A stretch of DNA of 46,144 nt from a virus (IMGVR_UViG_3300020044_009931:1-46144); one strand, 5' to 3'; counted from the stretch's first letter, positions 28,507 through 36,927 are shown. Program-made: numbers and translations. The notes: a model not told the origin generated them from the sequence alone.

Positions 28507-28683
28507 TCATGCGTTTAACCCTTTATCTTCTTTCTCATGAAACGGAACGTCATTTAACACAGCAAGTAAACAATCCTTTACCAAATCTAGCGAATGTAAC
28601 GCCCCCTCAATATCCTCTTTGCCAATCTTAATCAACACATCCCCCAGATACATTCTCGAAAATTCCCTATACTCACCTTTCAT
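28507..28683 (-). CDS. Small hypothetical protein
   Basis: ORF track; internal start MKGEY preceded by AGAGGG. Confidence 0.5.
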   Translation of the reverse strand: MKGEYREFSRMYLGDVLIKIGKEDIEGALHSLDLVKDCLLAVLNDVPFHEKEDKGLNA

Positions 28684-29047
28684 ATACGTCCCTCTCCTTC
28701 TCATGAAACTTAACAAGCACCTTATGGCAAAATTCTTTTAAACAAGATTCTAAAATCTCAAGCTGGTGAAGATCTCCAATTAAAAAATCCCGACCATCAT
28801 GTCTAAAAGTAACGTCATTTCGCCACTCTATATCAAGCCGCATAGCAACATCATTTAAAAACTTTTGAAGCTTCTTAACTAAATCAACAGCTCTCTCGAC
28901 CTGCCTAGTTTGAGTTGAATGAATTGATCTTGCTTGTTTAACTTCAAACTCCAAGCGTTCAATCAAACAGCCCCTAATCCCCATTTCAGTCACTAAAAAA
29001 GCAATAGTTACACATAATAAAATTACTAAACAAGATAACCAAATCAT
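28673..29047 (-). CDS. N-terminal TM plus coiled-coil protein
   Basis: 'WLSCLVILLCVTIAFLV'; ATGA coupling. Confidence 0.55.
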   Translation of the reverse strand: MIWLSCLVILLCVTIAFLVTEMGIRGCLIERLEFEVKQARSIHSTQTRQVERAVDLVKKLQKFLNDVAMRLDIEWRNDVTFRHDGRDFLIGDLHQLEILESCLKEFCHKVLVKFHEKERDVYER

Positions 29048-29256
29048 TCATTGTCCTCTTCTAACTCCCTATTCGGTTTAAAAGCAGAAACCTTACGAAT
29101 CTCATTAATTATCAAATAACGCAATACCGCACTCTCCCCAATATCCCCCATATATCGACTTAATATCCCTAAATCCTCTAAAGATTCCTTCGTGAAAGAA
29201 TGACTCTTCCGGATATATGCTTCTTTATTCCGTACATACTCCGTAATCTTTTCCAT
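29044..29256 (-). CDS. Ribbon-helix-helix-like regulator
   Basis: 'RKSHSFTKESLEDL..LS...GESAVLRYLI'. TGG-TATATT + 6 nt + ATG. Confidence 0.5.
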   Translation of the reverse strand: MEKITEYVRNKEAYIRKSHSFTKESLEDLGILSRYMGDIGESAVLRYLIINEIRKVSAFKPNRELEEDNE

Positions 29257-29960
29257 GTATTTAATATACCATAGTCAGAAAAGAAGTACAACACTAACAC
29301 CTTTACCCTGTACACAATCGCAAGAGTCTGCTAAATGTTCCTGTAATCCAAGTGAATAGTCTCTAACACAGACTAGACTGCGTTAAAACAAAGCTTTCCC
29401 CAGCTCCAGTAACCCAAGTAAGCCCAAGTTGTGAAGATAATACAGAGTTATCTGGAACTGAAAGGCTATATTACCGCCTTTCTGCTGAAACATTCCAAGA
29501 TTCTACATGTTATCTAATACTCGTAAGAGCAAATGATCAGTCCAACGATACCCCCCACCTAGTGATAGGGTATTGAGAAGGGGTGGTTGGGGAGAATGTT
29601 TACTATCTCATAGATAGTTTTTGTTTAGGTTGTATTGAATCATTTTGATTATAGTTTATTTCTTTCTTTATTTGCTTCAGGATTGCCTAGGTTTAATTGT
29701 TTTCTTGTTTTACTAGTAAGTAATAGTTTACTTGTTTTTCTTTTGTTTAAAGGGTAGCTAGGGGGTTTTGGTTAAGTTTTTGTTTTGGTTAGGTGTTAAT
29801 CGTTTGAGTGGTTAGTTTATTGGTTATTAGTTATCTAGGTCATTTAGATGATTTTAAAAAAACATTTAAATAAAAAGCTGATTAGAGCAGGGTTATAAGT
29901 CTTCGATAAAAATATTTCAAAAATATTTCAAATGTTTAACCAATTCTTAGTTATAACATG
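29257..29960. other. Divergent non-coding control region with strand-composition switch
   Basis: No ORFs; late (minus) and early (plus) arms diverge here; C-runs near 29551 and G-runs near 29580. Confidence 0.6.
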
Positions 29961-29973
29961 GTATCATAACAGT

Positions 29974-30162
29974 ATGAGAGAAAAACAGATTATTAGTCAA
30001 GAGTTCAGCCTAAGGTTTATAGGCTTTAAGAACATAGTAGAAGCTAATCTAGCTATGTTTACTCAATATCCAGATACTGATACTGGATACAATTTATTGC
30101 ACTCATGCAATAGCAAAAACAATATAGAGCCTTGTGAAGATGGCTTTATTTTCTATTGTTAA
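29974..30162 (+). CDS. First early gene, hypothetical
   Basis: TGG-TATCAT + 6 nt + ATG 29974. Confidence 0.55.
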   Translation: MREKQIISQEFSLRFIGFKNIVEANLAMFTQYPDTDTGYNLLHSCNSKNNIEPCEDGFIFYC

Positions 30163-30174
30163 TTAGTACCAAGA

Positions 30175-30201
30175 GACCTAAGCAAGTCATAAAACTGCTT
30201 A
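30175..30201 (+). promoter_or_regulatory. Compact H-type pseudoknot abutting an RBS
   Basis: S1 GAC/GTC (30175-77/30186-88) and S2 TAAGCA/TGCTTA (30179-84/30196-201). Confidence 0.45.
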
Positions 30202-30213
30202 AGGAGAAAGAAA

Positions 30214-30519
30214 ATGAAAAAAATAATATCAATGAGCATACAAAAACAAGATGAGTTAGAGAAGCAGGACTTCTTTCAATATTCAGCTGGTGATAATTCG
30301 TTACTCATCACTAATTATGCTGATGGCATAGTGGCAATCAGAGAAGTAGGATCAGATGATTTTTACGCTAATGAATATTATCAGTTAGAGTATGGTGATA
30401 TTAGCATTAAAGAGGCTATACGCGGCTATATCAACAGTGAAGTTGAGTTCGTATTAAATAACCCTGAGGAATTTGATTTATTAGAAGTGTTAAAAAAAAT
30501 AGCTAAGTGGTCAAGTTAA
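30214..30519 (+). CDS. Acidic early protein
   Basis: AAGGAG RBS; D/E-rich. Confidence 0.7.
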   Translation: MKKIISMSIQKQDELEKQDFFQYSAGDNSLLITNYADGIVAIREVGSDDFYANEYYQLEYGDISIKEAIRGYINSEVEFVLNNPEEFDLLEVLKKIAKWSS

Positions 30520-30542
30520 TAAATAAAAAGGAAAAAAAGAAA

Positions 30543-30899
30543 ATGAAAAGATCAGAATTAAGAGAAAAAATCACTTATGCGACAAGAATGTATGACGTTG
30601 AAGGCACTGAGTGCCTTAAAGATATTCCTCATAGTATGCACGAATCTATAATCTATGCGAATCAGTGCATAGATAAGCATGTCAAATCTAGTGAATCTGG
30701 ATATGACGAATTGCAATTAGAATCTTACTGCGAATCAGAGCAGATTAAGATTATGAAGGAATATAACAAGTCTCTTAGTCCAAGTAAGGCTAATAGGAAC
30801 GAGAAGTTAAGAAACAGGTATGCTACTGATCTTAATTTCAAAGAAAAAATTAAAGAAAAAAACTTACAGATTTATCACGCTAAGCGTGAGTCTGTATAA
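30543..30899 (+). CDS. Early hypothetical protein
   Basis: AAGGA RBS before ATG 30543. Confidence 0.7.
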   Translation: MKRSELREKITYATRMYDVEGTECLKDIPHSMHESIIYANQCIDKHVKSSESGYDELQLESYCESEQIKIMKEYNKSLSPSKANRNEKLRNRYATDLNFKEKIKEKNLQIYHAKRESV

Positions 30900-30928
30900 C
30901 TATCATCAAAAAAAAGGAAAAAAGAAAA

Positions 30929-31270
30929 ATGGAAAATAAAATAATTAAGAGCAGTATGGGATTTTACGATATCAACTTAAAAGTTGCAAATATGCGTAAA
31001 GTTCAGAGATTCAGTATATACCCGGGGATAATGGGTGATTGTGAAGTATGGTTACAGAGTGATAGCAGATTTATAGCAGTTAATTTGCTTGACAATAAAG
31101 CTGTTATCAATAAATCAAATAAAAATTATCCTAATAGGCTTGATCTATTAACTGGAATTACATTTGATTTTGATAAAGATGTAATTGCTGAATTAAAAGA
31201 TCATTATGAGAATCACAAGGTAGGAACTAATCAGGTTAAATCAGGTGATACTGTTTTATTAACTTTTTAA
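30929..31270 (+). CDS. Early hypothetical protein
   Basis: AAGGA RBS; 113 aa. Confidence 0.7.
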   Translation: MENKIIKSSMGFYDINLKVANMRKVQRFSIYPGIMGDCEVWLQSDSRFIAVNLLDNKAVINKSNKNYPNRLDLLTGITFDFDKDVIAELKDHYENHKVGTNQVKSGDTVLLTF

Positions 31271-31302
31271 AACTATCAAGCTAACAAAAAGGAAAAATAA
31301 CA

Positions 31303-31614
31303 ATGCAATACAAAATAAATACAACAATAGAAGCTATTGAAAACGTAGACGATTATACTTTATATGCGGTGGATGCGGCGATTGATTCGTTAGAGTTCCA
31401 AGAAAGATTAACTTATGGCGAAGCTAAAAACAAACTTAATTTTGAAATAGATTTAATTAAGCATTTTAAAAATCATGCAGATTTTAACGACATGTGGAAC
31501 TGCTATAGCTTTAATGAAGAGGATAGTGAAGAGCCAATTAACATTGAATTTGAATTTGAATTTGAGTTAAAAGATTTACCTCAACACCTACAAGATGGTT
31601 ATGAATATTTCTAG
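31303..31614 (+). CDS. Highly acidic early protein
   Basis: About 25 D/E versus 7 K/R in 103 aa (hand count). Confidence 0.7.
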   Translation: MQYKINTTIEAIENVDDYTLYAVDAAIDSLEFQERLTYGEAKNKLNFEIDLIKHFKNHADFNDMWNCYSFNEEDSEEPINIEFEFEFELKDLPQHLQDGYEYF

Positions 31615-31649
31615 AACTATCATCAAGTAAACAAAAAAAGGAAAAAACA

Positions 31650-31817
31650 ATGCAATTAAGAAAAGTAGAAGTAGCAACATTAGGACAATTGGATTATGAA
31701 TTAGGAACTACTGTTCATATGGATACTTACGAATCCTTAGCAGGTCTAGTGTACGAATCAGAGAATCCAGAAGATTATAATTTTTATGATTCAGAGGGAA
31801 AAATTTTAGATTTATAA
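31650..31817 (+). CDS. 55-aa acidic early protein MQLRKVEVATLG... (not in ORF track)
   Basis: Same junction motif and RBS as the upstream early genes. Confidence 0.7.
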   Translation: MQLRKVEVATLGQLDYELGTTVHMDTYESLAGLVYESENPEDYNFYDSEGKILDL

Positions 31818-32000
31818 AACAAAATGACAACAGCCAAAATTTTAATTTTGGAATAAAGTTTTAATTCCATCGAATAAGGGGGAATTGGGAGTAGTCAAGT
31901 AATCCTTGACACTTGAACTATCTGGAATTTCAGGATACTTGGATAACCAAGCCTAGAGCTACTATCGTTAATTCTAGGTGTATTTCGTGGGTTCAATTCA

Positions 32001-32278
32001 TTGTCACATTGTCACACAGTCACACTTGCTATTGTCACAGGGCAATAACTAGGCTAGCTCTATATTATAGGGGTATTGTCACATTGTCACACGTCCTAGA
32101 GGTATTAATAGTTTTTGTAATTAATTGTCATGTGTCTTTACTTATTATTATTATTAAAATAGATATATATACCTGTGACAGTGACAATGTGACAATAGTC
32201 TTATAATCTAGACTAGGCTTGATTATACACTGTCTCAAAACTGTCACAAGCGATATGCGACATGTGACAATGCGACAC
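32001..32278. repeat. TGTCACA/TGTGACA iteron cluster, putative replication origin
   Basis: About 13 exact or near-exact copies in both orientations around an AT-rich core (~32100-32170), upstream of the helicase-like gene. Confidence 0.75.
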
Positions 32279-32356
32279 TCTTTAGACCAATCAAGATAAA
32301 AACAAACTAATTAAAAGTATTAGTTAAAGACTAGAAAAATGTAGTATATTAATTAT

Positions 32357-32482
32357 ATGAAGAAATCGGGATTAAACCTACATCTTGAAACTATTGAGAA
32401 ATTGCGGGATTTTAAGCCAAGTGGTGTAACTTGGGATTATTTTTTATTAGATTTACTTAAAAACTGGTTAGCTAAGAAATAA
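32357..32482 (+). CDS. 41-aa RHH-like peptide MKKSGLNLHLETIEKLRDFK... (not in ORF track)
   Basis: TATATT + 6 nt + ATG; TAATG-coupled to the next gene. Confidence 0.6.
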   Translation: MKKSGLNLHLETIEKLRDFKPSGVTWDYFLLDLLKNWLAKK

Positions 32483-34263
32483 TGGAACTATTCGATATAG
32501 ACGCTGAAAAGGCAGTTCTTGGGGCTGTCTTAACTGATGACCAATGCTTCGGTAAGGTTTTAGCCTTATTGCCAAGCGAGGAAGGCTTTTATCAGCACAA
32601 GCATAAAGTTATATATTTATCTTTTCTTGAGCTGTTTGCTAAAAAACAAGCCATAAACTTAATTACAGTTTCAAACTACATAGCAAGCAAAGACTTAGTT
32701 AACGAAATTGGCGGGAGATCGTATTTAAGTGAACTAATGCCAATAGGCTTAATTCCATCTCATGCAGAAAGTAACGCACAAGTGGTTAGGGATAAACACC
32801 TATCTCGCTGCGTTGTTTCAGCTGGCTCTTTAATTAGTGAACTTGGGCGTAAGGGTGACAAGCTTGATTGTGATACCCTGCAAAATATCTTTTCAGATTT
32901 AGCAAGCAAACTATCGTCAGTTAAGAACGACGCTGAATTGACGGCATGGGTAGAACGCCAGAGGCAGATTAACAGCTTTGAATTGAATCTAAAGGAACTT
33001 TTACCCCTTCCACTTTATCAATTCCTTTGGGCGTTATCCAAGAACACTTACGTTAACTTCCCGATTGAGGCAAGCTTTACTTTCCTATTGCCAATTCTTG
33101 CAGGGTTAGGAGGTATTAAGTTTAGGGTTTCAGATGGGGTTAATTCTAAATATTGTTTGTTGTGGTCAATGGTCGTCATGGATTCATCTATCGGTAAATC
33201 TCCACTTCTAACACCATTAGAAGCACCTTTAACTTCATGGGAAGAAGTATGGGAAGAAAAATATAAACTAGAGCTTAAGAAGTTCAATCAATCCAAAGAA
33301 GGGAGAAAAAGAAATCAAGCTTCTGAAGAATTTGAGTTGGAACCACCCATAATGAAAGAAGTTGTTTTTAAGGGGGCAACGATGGAAGGGATTAAAACTG
33401 TTCATAAAAAAAACCCACAAGGCATGGTATGGATAGCCGATGAGATTATGAGTGTCTTCCACGGCTTTGATCAATTCAAATCAAGCAAAGGGGCAGATGA
33501 AGCCGTATTTCTAGAAATGTTAAGCGGTGGCTCAAGTAAAGTAACTAGAGTTACAGGAAGTAGCTTTATTCCCGAAATGGCAGTATCGGGTACTGGTGGC
33601 ATTCAGCCAGAAGTGGCTTATGATCTATTACGCAAAAGAAACAATAATAATGGTTTGTGGGGTCGCTTCCTGTTTTACTCTTGCGATATTCAACAAACTA
33701 TCATGAACGAAAAAGACCCATTGCCACTAGATACCCCAATGCTAAACGCACTATATAGTTATTTTTACACTACCCCTAAAAAACAATTTAATTTTAAAAG
33801 CAAATCGCAAATTAAAGCAATTTCTATATTTTTAAATGACGAAAAGAACGAAGCTGAACCCTCAATGAAAGCCTATATCGGAAAGGCTTATCACTTCTTC
33901 CTTAAATTTTCTATCATTCTGCACCTGATTGATTCTTTTTTTAAAAAATATGATGTTCCACCAGATTTAATTAGTGAGGAAATTGTAGATAACGCATTCG
34001 CTATTACTAATTTTTACATTACCCAAGCCGAAAAACTCTTTGGGGAAAAATCAGAGAATGCAGCTCAAAGGCTCTATAAAAAAATTGACAAATTTGTACA
34101 AGATAAAGGCGGAGAAGCAACACTTAGAGATATTCAGCGTGGACTAATGCGAAAAAATTCAACCCTAGAAGTTGAAGCAATTTTTAGAGAAATGGAAGCA
34201 TTAGGGTTTGGCTTCATTGAAAAGAAAGGTAAAAGTATTAAATTTTTAAAAGGAGAAAAATAA
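32482..34263 (+). CDS. Replication protein: DnaB N-terminal domain fused to DUF3987 (YfjI-like) P-loop helicase with C-terminal wHTH
   Basis: 'AEKAVLGAVL...FYQHKH..IY...NLITV...IGGRSYL'; Walker A 'SSIGKS'; 'ATMEGI'; Walker B 'WIADE'; 'GGIQP'; 'GLWGRFL'. Confidence 0.85.
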   Translation: MELFDIDAEKAVLGAVLTDDQCFGKVLALLPSEEGFYQHKHKVIYLSFLELFAKKQAINLITVSNYIASKDLVNEIGGRSYLSELMPIGLIPSHAESNAQVVRDKHLSRCVVSAGSLISELGRKGDKLDCDTLQNIFSDLASKLSSVKNDAELTAWVERQRQINSFELNLKELLPLPLYQFLWALSKNTYVNFPIEASFTFLLPILAGLGGIKFRVSDGVNSKYCLLWSMVVMDSSIGKSPLLTPLEAPLTSWEEVWEEKYKLELKKFNQSKEGRKRNQASEEFELEPPIMKEVVFKGATMEGIKTVHKKNPQGMVWIADEIMSVFHGFDQFKSSKGADEAVFLEMLSGGSSKVTRVTGSSFIPEMAVSGTGGIQPEVAYDLLRKRNNNNGLWGRFLFYSCDIQQTIMNEKDPLPLDTPMLNALYSYFYTTPKKQFNFKSKSQIKAISIFLNDEKNEAEPSMKAYIGKAYHFFLKFSIILHLIDSFFKKYDVPPDLISEEIVDNAFAITNFYITQAEKLFGEKSENAAQRLYKKIDKFVQDKGGEATLRDIQRGLMRKNSTLEVEAIFREMEALGFGFIEKKGKSIKFLKGEK

Positions 34264-34526
34264 TGAGCGTAAACGAAGATGAAGATCAATACCTAGAGAT
34301 CGGGATGGGAAGTAAAGAGGAATACCTGAAACACCTTGACATTGACCACGAACTAGGCAAAGCCTTAAATTACTGGGATGTGGTGAAAGGTGAAATAACA
34401 GCTAATTACAAGGATTACTTAGAAGAAAAAAGACACCAAGAAAGACTAGGCATGGATAAGCAATATTTACAAGTTTTAAACAGAATTGCAAACTCTTTGG
34501 AAAAATTAACAGAGATAACACCATGA
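34263..34526 (+). CDS. Hypothetical protein
   Basis: RBS and TAATG coupling. Confidence 0.65.
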   Translation: MSVNEDEDQYLEIGMGSKEEYLKHLDIDHELGKALNYWDVVKGEITANYKDYLEEKRHQERLGMDKQYLQVLNRIANSLEKLTEITP

Positions 34527-34918
34527 ACGACCTACTAGAAATCCAAGCAGAACTTAAAGAACTCCATCAAGAGTTTTTAGATTACGCTGAAAAAATTAAA
34601 GATGTCAGCCGCAGGCTAGGCTTACTGGTCAAGGATTCTGATAACACAATCCTCAAATGGCAGGTACATCATCACTGGCTAAATAATGTAGATAGAAAAT
34701 TCAAAATCCTAGATGAAGAGCTAGATAATGAGATCGCAGCTCCATTTAGTGCTTTACCACCAGTCACAGCAAGCCCTATCTACAAGGATTTAACCCTTAA
34801 GATCGAAGCTTTTAGGCTCTTGAATCCTGATATGGATGAATCAGAAGCACAAAAGAGAATCTCTAAGATCGTTAAAGAGCATGTTCAAAGCAGAAGGCAC
34901 AAGCAGGGAGAGGGTTAA
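34523..34918 (+). CDS. Hypothetical protein
   Basis: ATGA coupling. Confidence 0.65.
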   Translation: MNDLLEIQAELKELHQEFLDYAEKIKDVSRRLGLLVKDSDNTILKWQVHHHWLNNVDRKFKILDEELDNEIAAPFSALPPVTASPIYKDLTLKIEAFRLLNPDMDESEAQKRISKIVKEHVQSRRHKQGEG

Positions 34919-35104
34919 ATGAACGAAGAGCAAAGAGAAATGGCAAAATCAGAAAAACCTTACAAAATTTGGATTGGTGGCAGAAATGTAGGCTATGCGA
35001 ATTTTCTTAATTATCTAGCTAAAACTGGAATGATTAAACCAATTGAATTAAGCAAGCCCAAGGATGTACCGATTCGCTGGATAGTGGATGAATTTAAAAG
35101 ATAA
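34919..35104 (+). CDS. Hypothetical protein
   Basis: GGAGAGG RBS; 61 aa. Confidence 0.55.
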   Translation: MNEEQREMAKSEKPYKIWIGGRNVGYANFLNYLAKTGMIKPIELSKPKDVPIRWIVDEFKR

Positions 35105-35157
35105 AGAAATTAAAGGTACGATTAGCTGAAACAGCGGGTATCGTACTTAGATAAACA

Positions 35158-35665
35158 AGGAGAAGAAAAATAAATGGAAATTGAAACTATTACTTTAGAA
35201 TTACTTGATAAATACAATATACATGAGCCTATTGTCGATATTTGCATGATCTGTCAAAAAGAGGGCTTTCAAGTAGAGTATTTCCAATCAGAGAAAAACA
35301 GCAAAGAATATGAAATAGAAGGTGCTTTTTACAGGAAAGAAAATAAAATCCTGATTAACTCCACTAGACCAGCACAGCAAATGGCTTTTACTTTAGCACG
35401 TGAATTAGGGCATGCACTCATGCACGCAGACATTGACCGAGATATTTTGCTAACAGATGGCAAGAGTTCATCAGATGATGATTTAGCAGAAGAAGCAAAT
35501 CAATTTGCAGCTTACTTATTGATGCCAGAACACATGATTAAACAGCAAATGGAGAAGTGGGGATTATCATTAATTCACACGCCTATTTTGGCTAATCTCT
35601 TTGGTGTGCCTTTATCTGCTATGAATTTCAGATTAAACAAACAGGAGAAGAAAAATAAATGGAAA
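35158..35665 (+). repeat. 23-bp direct repeat (35158-35180 and 35643-35665) flanking the ImmA-like gene
   Basis: AGGAGAAGAAAAATAAATGGAAA at both positions. Confidence 0.85.
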
Positions 35666-35677
35666 ACGATAAAGTAA
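35174..35677 (+). CDS. ImmA/IrrE (M78) metallopeptidase-like protein with degenerate active site
   Basis: 'ILIN...FTLARELGHALMH...EEANQFAAYLLMP...LANLFGV'; HExxH reads RExxH. Confidence 0.85.
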   Translation: MEIETITLELLDKYNIHEPIVDICMICQKEGFQVEYFQSEKNSKEYEIEGAFYRKENKILINSTRPAQQMAFTLARELGHALMHADIDRDILLTDGKSSSDDDLAEEANQFAAYLLMPEHMIKQQMEKWGLSLIHTPILANLFGVPLSAMNFRLNKQEKKNKWKTIK

Positions 35678-35949
35678 CAGCAGAATCAATCAAAAACGTA
35701 CTATGGGAGACACTACAAGGCGTTAAAAACAAAAGCATTAAACCAGATGTAGGTAATGCAATCAGTAAGCTCGCTAACGGGATTATATCCACGGCTAAAT
35801 TAGAATTCGAGGCAGCTAAATTTGCTGGGCTTCAATCAGTAGGGCTAAATACTTTCTTGGAGGCTAAAGGAGAAAAACCTAAAAGCTATCTATCCACGGA
35901 AGAGGCGACTAAAAAAGCATTAGAGGGTCAAGATGTCCAAAATAATTAA
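35659..35949 (+). CDS. Small helical phage protein
   Basis: AGGAG RBS; 96 aa. Confidence 0.7.
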   Translation: MENDKVTAESIKNVLWETLQGVKNKSIKPDVGNAISKLANGIISTAKLEFEAAKFAGLQSVGLNTFLEAKGEKPKSYLSTEEATKKALEGQDVQNN

Positions 35950-36400
35950 AAAATGTGAACATTGCGGCACTGAGTTTGAGGTGAGACGCAGCGATAGTAA
36001 ATGCTGTTCAAAAAAATGCTCAACCAAAATATGGAAAAAAAATAATTCTGAAAAAATAAAAGAGATGAATCGCAGGTGGAGAGAAAATAATTCTGAAAAA
36101 ATAAAAGAGACATACCGCAAATGGAGAGAAACCAACCCCGAAAAAGTGAAAGAGATATGTTCTAAATGGCAAAAAGCCAATCCCGAAAAAGCAAAAGAGA
36201 AAAGTCGTAAATGGCAAAAAGCTAATCCCGAGAAAGTGAAAGGGTTTAAAAAAAAATGGCAAGAAGCTAATCCCGAAAAAGCAAAAGAGGTAGTGAGAAG
36301 GCATCGCTATCGCCAAGCTGGCTACCCCGAGGAACTACTAGAAATTAAAGAACTTCAATATCAAATCAAAAAAGAAATAAAAAATCAATCAAAGAGTTGA
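35933..36400 (+). CDS. Zn-finger protein with tandem 15-aa basic repeats
   Basis: CxxC...CSKKC, then six 'WxxxN(P/S)EKxKE'-type repeats. Confidence 0.75.
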   Translation: MSKIIKKCEHCGTEFEVRRSDSKCCSKKCSTKIWKKNNSEKIKEMNRRWRENNSEKIKETYRKWRETNPEKVKEICSKWQKANPEKAKEKSRKWQKANPEKVKGFKKKWQEANPEKAKEVVRRHRYRQAGYPEELLEIKELQYQIKKEIKNQSKS

Positions 36401-36446
36401 TATAATGTTACAAGACGTGGTATAACAAGAGAGAGGAAAGAAAATA

Positions 36447-36680
36447 ATGAAAACATGTGAAAGAATCGAAAAATTAAAAAAATTCCCAGAAATAGGGGAA
36501 ACTTATAAACTTCATTTGAGTGTTGAAGTGAGAGGCATCAAATCTCCCTGTTACGCAAGGATTCGTGAACTTAATGGGCGTTATGCCTTGGTAAATTTTC
36601 AAGAAAAAATAGAAGACATGTTTAGTTATTCGACTCGGATACTAAATTTAGATTATGTAGTTACAGTGGAGGCGGCATAA
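36447..36680 (+). CDS. Hypothetical protein
   Basis: GAGG RBS; TGG-TATAAC upstream. Confidence 0.6.
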   Translation: MKTCERIEKLKKFPEIGETYKLHLSVEVRGIKSPCYARIRELNGRYALVNFQEKIEDMFSYSTRILNLDYVVTVEAA

Positions 36681-36926
36681 ATGAACGAATTAAAAGACAT
36701 GAGAGAAACTATTAACGATTTAATGTATATCCCACTTGATACTTATTCAATAAAAGGAAACGACATGAACTACACAAGAGACGAAAAAATAGAAATCCTA
36801 GAAGGTAAAAGACTAGATTGTCAAACAGCTATTCAAAGGGCTTTTAATGAAGAAAACAAAGCAAAAGCAAGAATAGAACTAAGACGCATTGAAGCAGAAC
36901 TTAAATTATTAAAGGAGATTAAATAA
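36681..36926 (+). CDS. Hypothetical coiled-coil protein
   Basis: GGAGG RBS. Confidence 0.55.
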   Translation: MNELKDMRETINDLMYIPLDTYSIKGNDMNYTRDEKIEILEGKRLDCQTAIQRAFNEENKAKARIELRRIEAELKLLKEIK

Positions 36927-36927
36927 A

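Noticed and set aside
31985-32005. tRNA T-loop-like GGTTCAATTC
   Set aside because: No proper T-stem, D-arm, anticodon arm or acceptor stem.
31913-32206. 97-aa ORF
   Set aside because: TTG start with no RBS; it merely translates the iterons and hairpins.
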